From assembly GCF_003945235.1 (NCBI RefSeq), contig NZ_RSDW01000001.1:510001-542000 (forward strand): a stretch of DNA of 32,000 bases, in the 5' to 3' direction. The notes beneath the pieces were generated by a model that saw only the letters and a program-made list of their open reading frames with translations, made no database searches and was not told the DNA's origin. The position numbers were made by a program, and so were the translations under genes. How positions within the stretch are numbered: position 1 is the stretch's first letter; each line of letters starts with the position of its first letter. This stretch comes from Edaphobacter aggregans. Lineage in GTDB: Bacteria; Acidobacteriota; Terriglobia; Terriglobales; Acidobacteriaceae. Of the stretch, positions 1 through 9,177 are shown one piece after another.

Positions 1-118
1 CGACCTCGTAACCCTCTTCACTAATTGCTTCAACAAGCCTCTCCATGGCGCGGTCTGAGACCGAGTCGGTACCACCCACTTCGCTTGCAATCAATAAAAC
101 CCAACGACCTTCGTTCAT
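1..118 (-). CDS. Partial CDS: N-terminal 39 aa only, gene continues past the window start; product not assignable
   Basis: My own minus-strand translation gives ATG at 118..116, preceded by a GAGGTGG Shine-Dalgarno (complement of 120..126). The frame is open to position 1: MNEGRWVLLIASEVGGTDSVSDRAMERLVEAISEEGYEV. It is shorter than the ORF-track cutoff. Any resemblance to receiver-like N-terminal wing domains is only a guess. Confidence 0.4.
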   Translation of the reverse strand, partial: MNEGRWVLLIASEVGGTDSVSDRAMERLVEAISEEGYEV

Positions 119-215
119 TCCACCTCGCTACTTCCATTTGTCAGTTTATAGCGATTCGACACTGGAATGTGTGAACGCCGTGAATATGTGGGGACGGTGT
201 GACGGGGCGATTTGA

Positions 216-1178
216 CTAGCTTGCGCTGAGCGAGAGCAGGTCGAGGGCGCCTTTGGATTTGAGGTCGTCGGCGACCCACTGGCCGAGGGTCTCGGAGCTG
301 GTGTCGAAGGTGGCTTCGGTCTCAATCTGTACCATGGATTCGCCGTCGGGCGCGACGACTTGGGCGAACATACGCCACTTGTTGAACTCGGGAACACAGT
401 GAGCGCCGACGGGGAGCGAACAGCCTCCGCCGAGAGCATCGAGTGTAACGCGTTCGGCTTCAACGCAGAAACGGGTCTCGGGGTGGTCGAGGAAGGCGAT
501 GGCTTGGCGGATGGCGCGGTCGCGATCGGTAAAGGAAGAGCGGGTCTCGATGGCGAGCGCTCCTTGCCCCGGGGCGGGACATATCTCGTCGGGGGAGAAA
601 CGTTGGTGCACCCACTCGGCGCGCTTGAGGCGGTCGAGGCCAGCGGCGGCGAGGACGAGCGCGTCGCATTGACCGGCGGCGAGCTTTTTGAGGCGCGTGT
701 CGATGTTGCCACGGACGTCGACGAATTGGACGTCGGGGCGGAGCGCCAGGAGTTGTGCTCGGCGGCGTGGGCTGGTAGTGCCGATGCGGCCTCCCATGGG
801 GAGCGTATGGAGGGCCCAGTAGGGTTCGCAGACCCAGACGTCGCGGGCGTCGGCGCGTTTGGGGATGGCGGCGAGGGTGAACTGGGGGGCGAGTTGGGTG
901 GGGAGATCCTTGAGGGAGTGGACGGCGAGGTCGATGCGGCCTTCTTCGAGGGCTTCCTCGATTTCTTTGATGAAGATGCCTTTGCCGTCGAGGTTCGCGG
1001 GTGGGACGAAGCCGGGCTGCTGCATACGGTCGCCGGTGGTGCGGATGATTTCGATCTCGGCGGCGTGGCCGGCGTCGCGCAGGGCGTAGAGGACGTGGTT
1101 GGCCTGCCAGAGGGCCAGCTGGGAGCCTCGGGAGCCTATGCGGATGGGTGTGGTGAGGATGTCGTGCTCTTTGCTCAT
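216..1178 (-). CDS. hemC: Hydroxymethylbilane synthase (porphobilinogen deaminase)
   Basis: ORF 216..1298 read from its internal ATG (cat verified at 1176..1178) gives MSKEHDILTTPIRIGSRGSQLALWQANHV.... It shows the family hallmarks RIGSRGSxLAxWQ, RTTGD and LDGKGIFIKEIE, plus the cofactor-Cys region GGGCSLPVGAHC. The upstream 40 codons overlap the MarR gene and are rejected. Confidence 0.93.
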   Translation of the reverse strand: MSKEHDILTTPIRIGSRGSQLALWQANHVLYALRDAGHAAEIEIIRTTGDRMQQPGFVPPANLDGKGIFIKEIEEALEEGRIDLAVHSLKDLPTQLAPQFTLAAIPKRADARDVWVCEPYWALHTLPMGGRIGTTSPRRRAQLLALRPDVQFVDVRGNIDTRLKKLAAGQCDALVLAAAGLDRLKRAEWVHQRFSPDEICPAPGQGALAIETRSSFTDRDRAIRQAIAFLDHPETRFCVEAERVTLDALGGGCSLPVGAHCVPEFNKWRMFAQVVAPDGESMVQIETEATFDTSSETLGQWVADDLKSKGALDLLSLSAS

Positions 1179-1200
1179 GACTTCTCTAGGATACGGGATT

Positions 1201-1656
1201 TTAGCGGCCAACAATTTTCGATACGAGGCGAAGGAGTTCGTCGCGCTCGTTGGGGGCAAGCTGGAGCAACATGAGACGGCAGTTTTCAACCTGGACATCG
1301 CGCAGCTTGGCCGCTAATCGAAGACCTATGGAGGTCAGCTCGATGTATACAGTGCGGCGGTCTGAGGGTCTTCGCTGGCGAACGACGACCCGACGAGCTT
1401 CGAGGCGGTCGAGCGCTGAGGAGATGGTGGTGATGGGAGACTGGAGCGCCTGGGCGATTTTGCGAACGCTCCAGTCGCCAGGCTCTGCCAGCACCTGGAG
1501 TAGGCCTATGTCGTTCGCGTGGAGGTCTGCATAGGCGCTGCCGGCCAGGATGCCAGGTTCGAGCTTGAAACGGCGCAAAAGGGTGGCGATGCACCCGTGG
1601 AGCGTGATGGATTGAGAATCGTCAACCTTCTGGGGGTTTGCGGGGCTTCGTTTCAT
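1201..1656 (-). CDS. MarR-family winged-helix transcriptional regulator
   Basis: 151 aa, ATG verified at 1654..1656. The layout is MarR-like: DIGLLQVLAEPGDWSVRKIAQALQSPITTISSALDRLEARRVVVRQRRPSDRRTVYIELT (HTH plus wing with DRR). It ends 22 nt upstream of the hemC start on the same strand. Confidence 0.85.
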   Translation of the reverse strand: MKRSPANPQKVDDSQSITLHGCIATLLRRFKLEPGILAGSAYADLHANDIGLLQVLAEPGDWSVRKIAQALQSPITTISSALDRLEARRVVVRQRRPSDRRTVYIELTSIGLRLAAKLRDVQVENCRLMLLQLAPNERDELLRLVSKIVGR

Positions 1657-1710
1657 TGCTTGGCCATCATAGTTTATCCATTGCAGTTGTCACAGACCGG
1701 AAGAGACCTC

Positions 1711-1759
1711 TTGACGATATAGAACGATATTCGTATATTACGATAATCGGAATATACGA
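1711..1759 (+). promoter_or_regulatory. Candidate sigma70-type promoter with overlapping inverted-repeat operator in the MarR/SRPBCC divergent region
   Basis: TTGACG lies at 1711..1716, followed by a 17-nt spacer and TATATT at 1734..1739. A perfect 9-bp inverted repeat (TCGTATATT at 1731..1739, AATATACGA at 1751..1759, 11-bp spacer) overlaps the -10 element. ACGATAT is directly repeated at 1714..1720 and 1724..1730. There is no experimental support. Confidence 0.4.
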
Positions 1760-1769
1760 GGTGCGGATT

Positions 1770-2408
1770 ATGGGTGCGCTGCGGTTCTCGATATCACTGG
1801 TTTTTATACTCTCGGCGGGTGTGGTGGCTGTTCCCGCACAAGTTTGTGCTCCACCACCGGGATTCGTTGATATTCCCCATCCGGCTATTGCGAATGCGGA
1901 GGAGTTGGTCTCGCACACAGAAGAGGTCACTATCAATCGGCCGCTGGCTGCGGTGCTTCATGGTTCCAGCAGGCCGCTCAAGGACATCATTCATAAGTCG
2001 GATTCGTTGCCTGGTGTTACGGGAGAGCACATGCTAGTCCAGGATACGTTTGGAACACCGGGTTCGCGACGGCTCACTTGTCTTACGGATGGCTCCACGC
2101 TTGAGGAAGAGGTACTTCAACGAGAGCAAACAAGCAATTCCTACCACTTCCGCTATGTGGTGTGGAATTACACGAGTGAGACGGCGCGTCCGATTGTTTA
2201 TGGCGTTGGTGATTTTCACGATACCGATCTGGGCGATGGGCGGACGCACGTGGTCTGGACCTACTCGTTCATGCTGAATCGAGAGCGGTTCCCGGGAGAG
2301 CTTGGGAGCTTTGGGCAGTTCCTTTTTCGCGTGGGATTTCTGGACCGGCAGTATGCGGATATGATGCGCGCAACTCTGAATGGGACTAAGGCAAATGTTG
2401 AGCGATAG
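1770..2408 (+). CDS. Exported SRPBCC-like (polyketide-cyclase/Bet v1-fold) protein, function unknown
   Basis: ATG at 1770 is verified and is preceded by GAGG (1758..1761). The N-terminus MGALRFSISLVFILSAGVVAVPAQV looks like a signal peptide. The C-terminal pattern YHFRYVVWNY...VGDFHDTDLGDGRTHVVWTYSF is typical of SRPBCC ligand-binding folds. The fold assignment rests on motif resemblance only. Confidence 0.6.
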   Translation: MGALRFSISLVFILSAGVVAVPAQVCAPPPGFVDIPHPAIANAEELVSHTEEVTINRPLAAVLHGSSRPLKDIIHKSDSLPGVTGEHMLVQDTFGTPGSRRLTCLTDGSTLEEEVLQREQTSNSYHFRYVVWNYTSETARPIVYGVGDFHDTDLGDGRTHVVWTYSFMLNRERFPGELGSFGQFLFRVGFLDRQYADMMRATLNGTKANVER

Positions 2409-2426
2409 GAATCGATAGACGCTCGG

Positions 2427-3668
2427 TTAGTCGTTGTCTTTTTTGCGGGCGGATTCGCGCAGAGCGGTGAGCTGAGGGTGAAGGAGCTTGGCGGTGAGGC
2501 TGCGGGTGAGGGCTTCTACGGCTTCGCGCTGCTCGGGGGTGAGCGCGGCGAGACGTTTGGCGGAACGGGCTACTTCTGCTTCGCGGATGGCCTCGGCGTT
2601 TTGCTGGAGGGCGATGATGGCGGGCACGGCGTCGCGAGACTGGAGGCGTTCGTGGTATTTGTCTACTTCCCTGCTGACGATTGTCTCGGCCGCCTGCGCT
2701 TCGCGGCTGCGGTCGGCGAGGTTGGCAGCGGCTACCTGCTGGAGGTCGTCGATGTCGTAGACGAAGCAGCCCTCGACTTCGTTCATGCTGGGGTCGACGT
2801 CGCGGGGGACGGCGATGTCGATGAAGAACATGGGACGGTTGCGGCGGCGGTGGAGGAAGTGCTGTCCATGGGAGCGGTCGAAGAGTTTTTGTGGGGCTCC
2901 GGTAGAGGTGATGACGATATCGGCGCGGTCGGCCTGGGCGTAGAGGTCATCGAAGGGGATGGCTTCGGTGTGAACCGCGGGACCGCTGAACTGGGCTGCG
3001 ATCTTTTCGGCGCGGGAGTGGGTGCGGTTGGCTACGAGGATTTTTGAGGCGCCCTGCTGGATGAGATGGCGAGCGGCTAGCTCGGACATTTTGCCGGCTC
3101 CGACGAGGAGGACGGTTTTGCCTTCTAACGAGCCGAAGATTTTGCGGGCGAGATCGACGGCTACGCTCGCGATGGAGACGGAGTTGGAGCCGATCTGGGT
3201 TTCGGTACGGACTTTTTTGGCTACCGTGAAGGCTCGCTGGAGGAGCGTGTCTAGCTGGCTTGAGACTGCGCCTACTTCGCGGGCTACGGTGTAGGACTCT
3301 TTGACCTGGCCGAGGATTTGCGGCTCGCCTACGACCATGGAGTCGAGTGAGCTGGCTACGCGGAAGAGGTGGCGGACGGCTTCGCGCTCGCGGAACTCGT
3401 AGAGGTGCGGCTGGATGGTCTGGGCGGGGACGGCGAAGTACTCGTGGAGGAAGCGGAGGAGGTCGATTCCGGCGGAATTGTCTTCCTGCAATGTGACTAG
3501 TTCGACGCGGTTGCAGGTGGAGAGGATGAGTCCCTCGCGGATGCCTGGCTGGTGCAGGAGGGTGCGGGTGGCGTCGGCGAGGCGGCCTGCAGGGATGGCG
3601 AGGCGTTCGCGGACCTCGATGGGTGCGGTGTTGTGGTTGACGCCGAGGAGTACGAGATTCAGGCTCAT
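2427..3668 (-). CDS. hemA: Glutamyl-tRNA reductase
   Basis: 413 aa, starting MSLNLVLLGVNHNTAPIEVRERLAI. It contains the catalytic-Cys motif LSTCNRVE and the NADPH Rossmann motif VLLVGAGKMSELAARHL. ATG is verified at 3666..3668. Confidence 0.95.
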   Translation of the reverse strand: MSLNLVLLGVNHNTAPIEVRERLAIPAGRLADATRTLLHQPGIREGLILSTCNRVELVTLQEDNSAGIDLLRFLHEYFAVPAQTIQPHLYEFREREAVRHLFRVASSLDSMVVGEPQILGQVKESYTVAREVGAVSSQLDTLLQRAFTVAKKVRTETQIGSNSVSIASVAVDLARKIFGSLEGKTVLLVGAGKMSELAARHLIQQGASKILVANRTHSRAEKIAAQFSGPAVHTEAIPFDDLYAQADRADIVITSTGAPQKLFDRSHGQHFLHRRRNRPMFFIDIAVPRDVDPSMNEVEGCFVYDIDDLQQVAAANLADRSREAQAAETIVSREVDKYHERLQSRDAVPAIIALQQNAEAIREAEVARSAKRLAALTPEQREAVEALTRSLTAKLLHPQLTALRESARKKDND

Positions 3669-4474
3669 GGCGTTGTGAACCTGTGTACGGCGGAGAATTG
3701 GTTGGCCGCCCAGACGGCGAGGACGACGAGGAAGACGAAGCTAGAGAGATAGACGGCGCGACGTCCGCGAAGACCGGCGTGGCGGCGGATGTAGATCATT
3801 CCGACGTAGGCCAGCCACATGGCGAAGGAGAGCAGGACCTTGGGGTCGAGGAAATAGGTTGGGCCAATAGTCTGCTGGGCAATTAGGGAGCCGATGAGAA
3901 GGCCGGCGGTCATGCAGGGCAGGCCGAAGAGGAGGGTCTTGAGGGCTATCTGGTCGGTGGTTTCGAGGGGCGGGAGCCACGTGGGGGTTGGGGCTTTCTG
4001 CTTGAGGCGGCGCTCTTGAATCAGGTAGAGGAGCGAGGCCAGTAGTGAGAGGAAGAGAGCGGCGTAAGCGGCTAAAAGGAGCGCTATGTGGAGAAAGATC
4101 CAGCCGGTGTGGAACTGCGGGAAGGGCGTGGTCTCCTGGCCGGGACGGAAGGCGGGGACGATGCCGAGGAGGAAGCAGATGGGCAGGATGAAGATGCCGA
4201 GAGAGACGGTTTTGTATCGCCAATAGACGAGCAGGAAAGCCAGGGCCAAGAGGAGGCCAAGTAGGGCCTGGGTTTCGTGGGTATCGACGGGGAGGCGGTG
4301 GTGGGCGGCGTTGAGCATCTCGGCGAGCGAGACGAAGTGGAAGATGAGTGCGGCAACAGTGGCAGGGATGGCGATGTGCCGCCAGCGGGGACGGTCGTAG
4401 AGGGCCGCCGGGAGGACGGCCAGCGCGGCGATGCCATAGAGGAGAACGGCGACTCTGAGCCAGAGAAGGGACAT
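3665..4474 (-). CDS. CcsA/HemX-like cytochrome c assembly family integral membrane protein
   Basis: 269 aa and polytopic (about 8 hydrophobic segments), with a W-rich stretch (HTGWIFLH...). Its stop overlaps the hemA start as ATGA (3665..3668). This is the position HemX/CcsA-like genes occupy upstream of hemA in other bacteria. Confidence 0.75.
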   Translation of the reverse strand: MSLLWLRVAVLLYGIAALAVLPAALYDRPRWRHIAIPATVAALIFHFVSLAEMLNAAHHRLPVDTHETQALLGLLLALAFLLVYWRYKTVSLGIFILPICFLLGIVPAFRPGQETTPFPQFHTGWIFLHIALLLAAYAALFLSLLASLLYLIQERRLKQKAPTPTWLPPLETTDQIALKTLLFGLPCMTAGLLIGSLIAQQTIGPTYFLDPKVLLSFAMWLAYVGMIYIRRHAGLRGRRAVYLSSFVFLVVLAVWAANQFSAVHRFTTP

Positions 4475-4496
4475 GAAATAGAGTTCGTCCGCTTAA

Positions 4497-5240
4497 TTGC
4501 GGCGAATCTTCAGTATATCGAAACGGCAGTGTAGAGTACTGCTCATGCTTGGCTTACTGACGGCGGTTATGCTCACTTTGCCTGCTTTTATCTGGCAGGA
4601 GGCTCCGGGTGTTACTGGGAAGATGGGTACTATCAACACCTTCAGCGCGGCGATGGCTTGTTCTGCAGGGGTGGGAAGCAAAGTTCAGACGAGCGGAGTT
4701 CGCGGCCCGGATGGAATTGTCGTCGGGCTAGCGATCACAAGCGACGACGATCACCGCAAGATGAGCCATGAATGCGAGTCGGCATACTCGCTTCTTGTGA
4801 CACTACCGGGCAAGCCCGTTCGTTCAGTTGACCTAGGTTGGGACGCCATCGATGTGTACGGGCGAAGGCTCGAGGTGAGAGCTGAGGGCTTCTCTTCGGA
4901 TGGTAAGCGATTCTTTGGATTAGCTTGCGAGAGTGATAGCCCGACGCTGGGCGAAGCGGGGAAAAACCCTTATAGGAGGCCGGGAGCGTATTCAATACTT
5001 ATCGAATACCAGGTGGGCTCTGATCGGGCTTCGACGTTTTACTTGAGTCGATTTGTTCCTTATACGGTTGGGTGTGGGTCTGAAGCTCTCCGCGTGGTGG
5101 GGGCTACATCGAGCGGTGAGGCTGTGGTGGCGCTGAAGGATGGGGAATCCACTCGGCAGTGGGCTATTCAACCGGAGAGTAACAGTGCACGGCCGTTGCC
5201 GAAGAAAACGAGCTTCTTGCCGCTCATTCGAGAGCAGTAA
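4497..5240 (+). CDS. Hypothetical exported or membrane-anchored protein
   Basis: The ORF has a TTG start at 4497, which gives a basic n-region (RRIFSISKRQCR) before the hydrophobic LLMLGLLTAVMLTLPAFIW. An alternative ATG at 4545 lacks that n-region. I recognise no family motif and no clear SD at either start. Confidence 0.5.
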   Translation: MRRIFSISKRQCRVLLMLGLLTAVMLTLPAFIWQEAPGVTGKMGTINTFSAAMACSAGVGSKVQTSGVRGPDGIVVGLAITSDDDHRKMSHECESAYSLLVTLPGKPVRSVDLGWDAIDVYGRRLEVRAEGFSSDGKRFFGLACESDSPTLGEAGKNPYRRPGAYSILIEYQVGSDRASTFYLSRFVPYTVGCGSEALRVVGATSSGEAVVALKDGESTRQWAIQPESNSARPLPKKTSFLPLIREQ

Positions 5241-5305
5241 CCGTAGAGCCAAGAGAATATCGACAATGCAGTTGGTGACGGTGCGGTATTCTGGCCTTTC
5301 TGCTT

Positions 5306-7978
5306 ATGGGGAATGAGACGACAGCGGTTTTAGGGATGGATGTGGCGGGATTGACTCCGGTGATGCGGCAGTACCGGGCGGCTAAGGATGCGCATCCGGA
5401 TGCTTTGGTGTTTTTTCGGCTGGGGGATTTTTACGAGCTGTTCTTTGAGGATGCGGTGGTGGCCGCGCGGGAGTTGCAGCTAACGCTGACGTCGCGGGAT
5501 AAGACGAAGACGGTTCCGATGTGTGGGGTTCCTTACCATGCGGCGGAGGGGTATCTGCAGAAGCTGTTGCGCAAGGGGTACAAGATTGCGCTGTGCGAGC
5601 AGATGGAGGATCCGAAGCAGACGAAGACGATTGTGCGGCGTGAGGTGACTCGGGTGCTGACGCCGGGGACCGCGCTCGATCCGGCGTTGGGGGCGGAGCA
5701 GAGCAATTATCTTGCGAGCATTGTGGTGACGGGGTCTGGAGCGGGATCGGTTTGTGGGTTGGCTTTGCTGGATCTTTCTACTGGGGAGTTTCGCGCTACG
5801 GAGTTTGCCGGAGTTGGGGCGTGGGCTCAGTTGGTGGATGAGTTGGGGCGGGTTCGTCCGGTGGAGCTGTTGTATGGGCAGGGGCTGCTGGGTGGGGTGA
5901 ATCTTGCCGGTGAGGCTACGGAGGAAGCTTCGGCGGGGGTTGAGGGGATTCGTACGAAGACTCCGCTGGAGGAGTGGGTGTTTACGGCTGAGTATGCGGT
6001 TCCGTTGCTGCGGAATCACTTCAAGGTGCACTCGCTTGATGGGATGGGGTTGGGTGGGCACGATGCTGCTGGGGTTGCGGCGGGTGCTCTGCTGCATTAC
6101 ATGCGTGCGACGAAGCAGGGTGGGCTTGAGCATGTCGATGGACTGCGGTTCTATGAGCGGTCGAACTCGCTTGAGCTGGATGCTGTGAGTGTGCGGAATC
6201 TTGAGCTGATTGAGCCGCTGTTTTCGGGGGAGAGTTCGCAGACTACGCTGTTCTACACGCTGGATGCTTGTTGTACGCCTATGGGTAAGCGGCTGCTGCG
6301 GGCTACGCTGTTGCGGCCTTCGTGTGATCGCACTGAGATTGAGTTGAGGCTTGAGGCTGTTGCGGAGGCTACGGGTGATCTGCGACGGCGTGAAGGTTTG
6401 CGGCGTGGGATGGATGGGGTGCTCGACCTTGAGCGGCTGTTGGGGCGCGTTGCGCTGGATTCTGCGGGGCCACGTGAGGTGCTGGCGTTGGCGGCTACGC
6501 TTGGTTGTCTACCGGGGTTGTTGGGTGCGCTGAAGGAGTTCGATGCGCAGCGGTGGGCTTCTTTAATGAATGGCTTTGATGCGATGGAGGATCTGCACGA
6601 GATGATTGTGCGGACCATTGCCGATGAGCCTCCTGTGTCACTGGCGGATGGGGGTGCGATTCGCGCGGGCATTGATGCTGAGTTGGATGAGCTGCGTGAG
6701 TTGAGTCGGAGTGGCCGGCAGGCGCTTGCTGCGATTGAAGAGCGGGAACGGACGCGTACCGGCATCGGCAGTCTGAAGGTTCGATTCAACAATGTGTTTG
6801 GGTATTACCTTGAGGTGACGAAGGCCAATGCAAAGGCTGTTCCTGCGAACTATGAGCGCAAGCAGACGTTGGTAAATGCGGAGCGGTTTACTACTCCGGA
6901 GTTGAAGGAGTATGAGACCAAGATTCTGACGGCGCAGGAGCGTAGTGCGGAGATTGAACGGCGGTTGTTTGCTGAGCTGCGGCGGCAACTGCTCGACGCG
7001 GCCGGGCGTATGCGGGAGACAGCGCGACGTGTGGCGGAGGTCGATCTGCTTGCGTGCTTTGCGCATCTAGCGACGTTGCGTGGATGGGTGCAGCCTGAAG
7101 TCGATGAGAGCGGTGTGCTGGAATTTATCCAGGCGCGGCATCCGGTCGTAGAGCGGCGGCTTGAAGAGTCAGGTGGCGGAAGGTTTGTGCCGAATTCTGC
7201 TCATCTAGATGCGGATGCGGGGCCTGCGGTATTGCTGATTACGGGGCCGAATATGGGTGGTAAGAGTACGTATCTGCGGCAGGCTGCGCTGCTGGTTGTG
7301 ATGGCTCAATGTGGATGCTTTGTTCCGGCAGAGCGGATGCGGCTTGGGTTGGTCGATCGGATTTATACGCGGATTGGGGCCAGCGACAATGTGGCGCGTG
7401 GGCGATCGACGTTTATGGTCGAGATGACGGAGACTGCGGCAATTTTGAATACGGCGACTTCGCGCTCGCTCGTGCTGCTCGATGAAATGGGGCGCGGGAC
7501 GGCAACGTATGACGGACTCTCGTTGGCTTGGGCTACGGTGGAGTATCTGCATGATCGCATTGGGGCGCGTACTTTGTTTGCCACTCATTATCATGAGCTG
7601 ACGCTTCTGGCTGATCGGCTGGAGCGGCTGAAGAATCTGCGTGTGACGGTGAAGGAGACGGCTGGGGGGATTGTCTTTCTCCACACGGTGGAGGCGGGTC
7701 CGGCGAGTAAAAGTTATGGCATTGAAGTTGCGCGATTGGCGGGACTGCCTACGGGTGTCATTGCGCGCGCGAGAGAGGTTTTGAAGGTGCATGAGCGGAC
7801 GGAGACGCAGCAGGTGCGCGAGGCTTCTCCAGTTGCAACACAGCAGCTTCAGTTGACGATGTTCACTCCGCTTTCGCAACGCATTGTTGATCGCTTGGGC
7901 GAGGTGGATGTGGATGGACTGACTCCGCGTGAGGCTTTGAATCTGCTGGCGGAGTTGCAGCGTGAGTTGAAGGGATGA
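5306..7978 (+). CDS. mutS: DNA mismatch repair protein MutS
   Basis: 890 aa. It shows the N-terminal mismatch-binding motif LTPVMRQY...FFRLGDFYELFFEDA, the Walker A motif GPNMGGKSTY, the motifs DEMGRGT and STFMVEM, and THYHEL. An alternative start at 5336 is possible. Confidence 0.97.
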   Translation: MGNETTAVLGMDVAGLTPVMRQYRAAKDAHPDALVFFRLGDFYELFFEDAVVAARELQLTLTSRDKTKTVPMCGVPYHAAEGYLQKLLRKGYKIALCEQMEDPKQTKTIVRREVTRVLTPGTALDPALGAEQSNYLASIVVTGSGAGSVCGLALLDLSTGEFRATEFAGVGAWAQLVDELGRVRPVELLYGQGLLGGVNLAGEATEEASAGVEGIRTKTPLEEWVFTAEYAVPLLRNHFKVHSLDGMGLGGHDAAGVAAGALLHYMRATKQGGLEHVDGLRFYERSNSLELDAVSVRNLELIEPLFSGESSQTTLFYTLDACCTPMGKRLLRATLLRPSCDRTEIELRLEAVAEATGDLRRREGLRRGMDGVLDLERLLGRVALDSAGPREVLALAATLGCLPGLLGALKEFDAQRWASLMNGFDAMEDLHEMIVRTIADEPPVSLADGGAIRAGIDAELDELRELSRSGRQALAAIEERERTRTGIGSLKVRFNNVFGYYLEVTKANAKAVPANYERKQTLVNAERFTTPELKEYETKILTAQERSAEIERRLFAELRRQLLDAAGRMRETARRVAEVDLLACFAHLATLRGWVQPEVDESGVLEFIQARHPVVERRLEESGGGRFVPNSAHLDADAGPAVLLITGPNMGGKSTYLRQAALLVVMAQCGCFVPAERMRLGLVDRIYTRIGASDNVARGRSTFMVEMTETAAILNTATSRSLVLLDEMGRGTATYDGLSLAWATVEYLHDRIGARTLFATHYHELTLLADRLERLKNLRVTVKETAGGIVFLHTVEAGPASKSYGIEVARLAGLPTGVIARAREVLKVHERTETQQVREASPVATQQLQLTMFTPLSQRIVDRLGEVDVDGLTPREALNLLAELQRELKG

Positions 7979-9177
7979 TGGCGATGAAGGCGAAGTCCAT
8001 GGTGGTTGCGGGTGTGATGAGTGGGACCTCGGCCGATGGCGTCGATGTTGCGCTGTGCAAGATTTCGCCGTCACAGGTAGAGGGCGATTCTCCGCAAATC
8101 AAGTTGATTGGCGCGGCTGGGTTCGGTTATTCAAAGGCGGTACGGGCGGCGGTGTTGCAGGCTATGGATGCGAAGGCTGTCTCCGTAGCGGAGATTTCGC
8201 GGTTGAACTGGCGTCTGGGTGAGATTTATGCAGATGCTGTTGTCAGTGCGCTGGATCAGTTTGGGGTGAAGGCTGCGCTTGTGGGATGCCACGGGCAGAC
8301 GATTTATCACCAGGGCGTTGCTTCGCGATATCTCGGCAGTGATGTGCGATGCACGTGGCAGATCGGTGAGGCTTCGGTGATTGCGGAACGTCTGCGTGTG
8401 CCGGTTGTCAGTGATTTTAGGCCCGCTGATCTTTCTGCGGGTGGGCAGGGTGCGCCGTTGGTGCCAATGTTGGATTATGCGATGTTTCGCTCGGCGAAGG
8501 TGAACCGTGTGCTGCAGAATCTCGGCGGCATTGGGAATATGACGGCGATTCCTGCGGGCGCTTCGGTCGATCGGGTGATGGCGTTCGATACGGGACCGGG
8601 AAATATGGTGATTGATGGATGCATGGCGCGTCTGTATGGTCGTGGATTTGATAGGGGTGGGACGGTGGCGAGGCGAGGAAAGGTGATTTCTGCTGTAGTG
8701 GAGCGAATTTTGCGCGAACGCTACTTCTCTGCCCTGCCTCCTAAGAGCTGTGGACGAGAAGAGTTTGGTGAGAAGTTTGTCGACAGATTTGTGGGGATGT
8801 GCAGGAAGGCAGGTGCGAGCGATGCGGATGTAGTGACCACTGCAACTGCTCTGACTGCGCAGTCTATTTTTGATGCTTATCGGAGATTTGTGTGGGGACA
8901 TCTGGGACAGATTGCTCCGTTGGCTGTGCGAACGGAGTATGTGGTCGCTGGTGGGGGTGTAAAGAATGCGACTTTGATGGAGATGCTGCGGCAGGGGTTT
9001 GAGCCGCTTGGTGTGCGGGTTCGGTTAATGCAGGAGTTGGGGGTTCCGGCGCAGGCCAAGGAGGGAGTGGCGTTTGCGCTGATGGCGTGGCTAACCTGGT
9101 TTGGAATGACGGGGAATGTGCCTGCGGCTACGGGGGCGTCGCGGCCTGTTGTGCTGGGAAAGGTCACCCACGGATGA
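7975..9177 (+). CDS. anmK: Anhydro-N-acetylmuramic acid kinase
   Basis: 400 aa, with the N-terminal hallmark GVMSGTSADGVDVAL, followed by DTGPGN and an ASKHA-type fold pattern. Its ATG overlaps the mutS stop (ATGA at 7975..7978). Confidence 0.9.
   Translation: MMAMKAKSMVVAGVMSGTSADGVDVALCKISPSQVEGDSPQIKLIGAAGFGYSKAVRAAVLQAMDAKAVSVAEISRLNWRLGEIYADAVVSALDQFGVKAALVGCHGQTIYHQGVASRYLGSDVRCTWQIGEASVIAERLRVPVVSDFRPADLSAGGQGAPLVPMLDYAMFRSAKVNRVLQNLGGIGNMTAIPAGASVDRVMAFDTGPGNMVIDGCMARLYGRGFDRGGTVARRGKVISAVVERILRERYFSALPPKSCGREEFGEKFVDRFVGMCRKAGASDADVVTTATALTAQSIFDAYRRFVWGHLGQIAPLAVRTEYVVAGGGVKNATLMEMLRQGFEPLGVRVRLMQELGVPAQAKEGVAFALMAWLTWFGMTGNVPAATGASRPVVLGKVTHG

Noticed and set aside
360-1274. A 304-aa plus-strand ORF antisense to hemC. 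Similar long antisense ORFs occur at 5480..6133, 7205..8074, 8131..8901, 9435..10259, 13392..14138 and 30394..31224.
   Set aside because: Each lies entirely opposite a gene with strong family motifs. Their translations are low-complexity (Arg/Pro/Gly/Ala-rich) with no recognisable motifs. This is typical of shadow ORFs in GC-rich DNA.
1179-1298. A 5' extension of the hemC ORF (40 extra codons).
   Set aside because: It overlaps the 3' end of the MarR gene. The conserved HemC N-terminus begins at the ATG at 1178.
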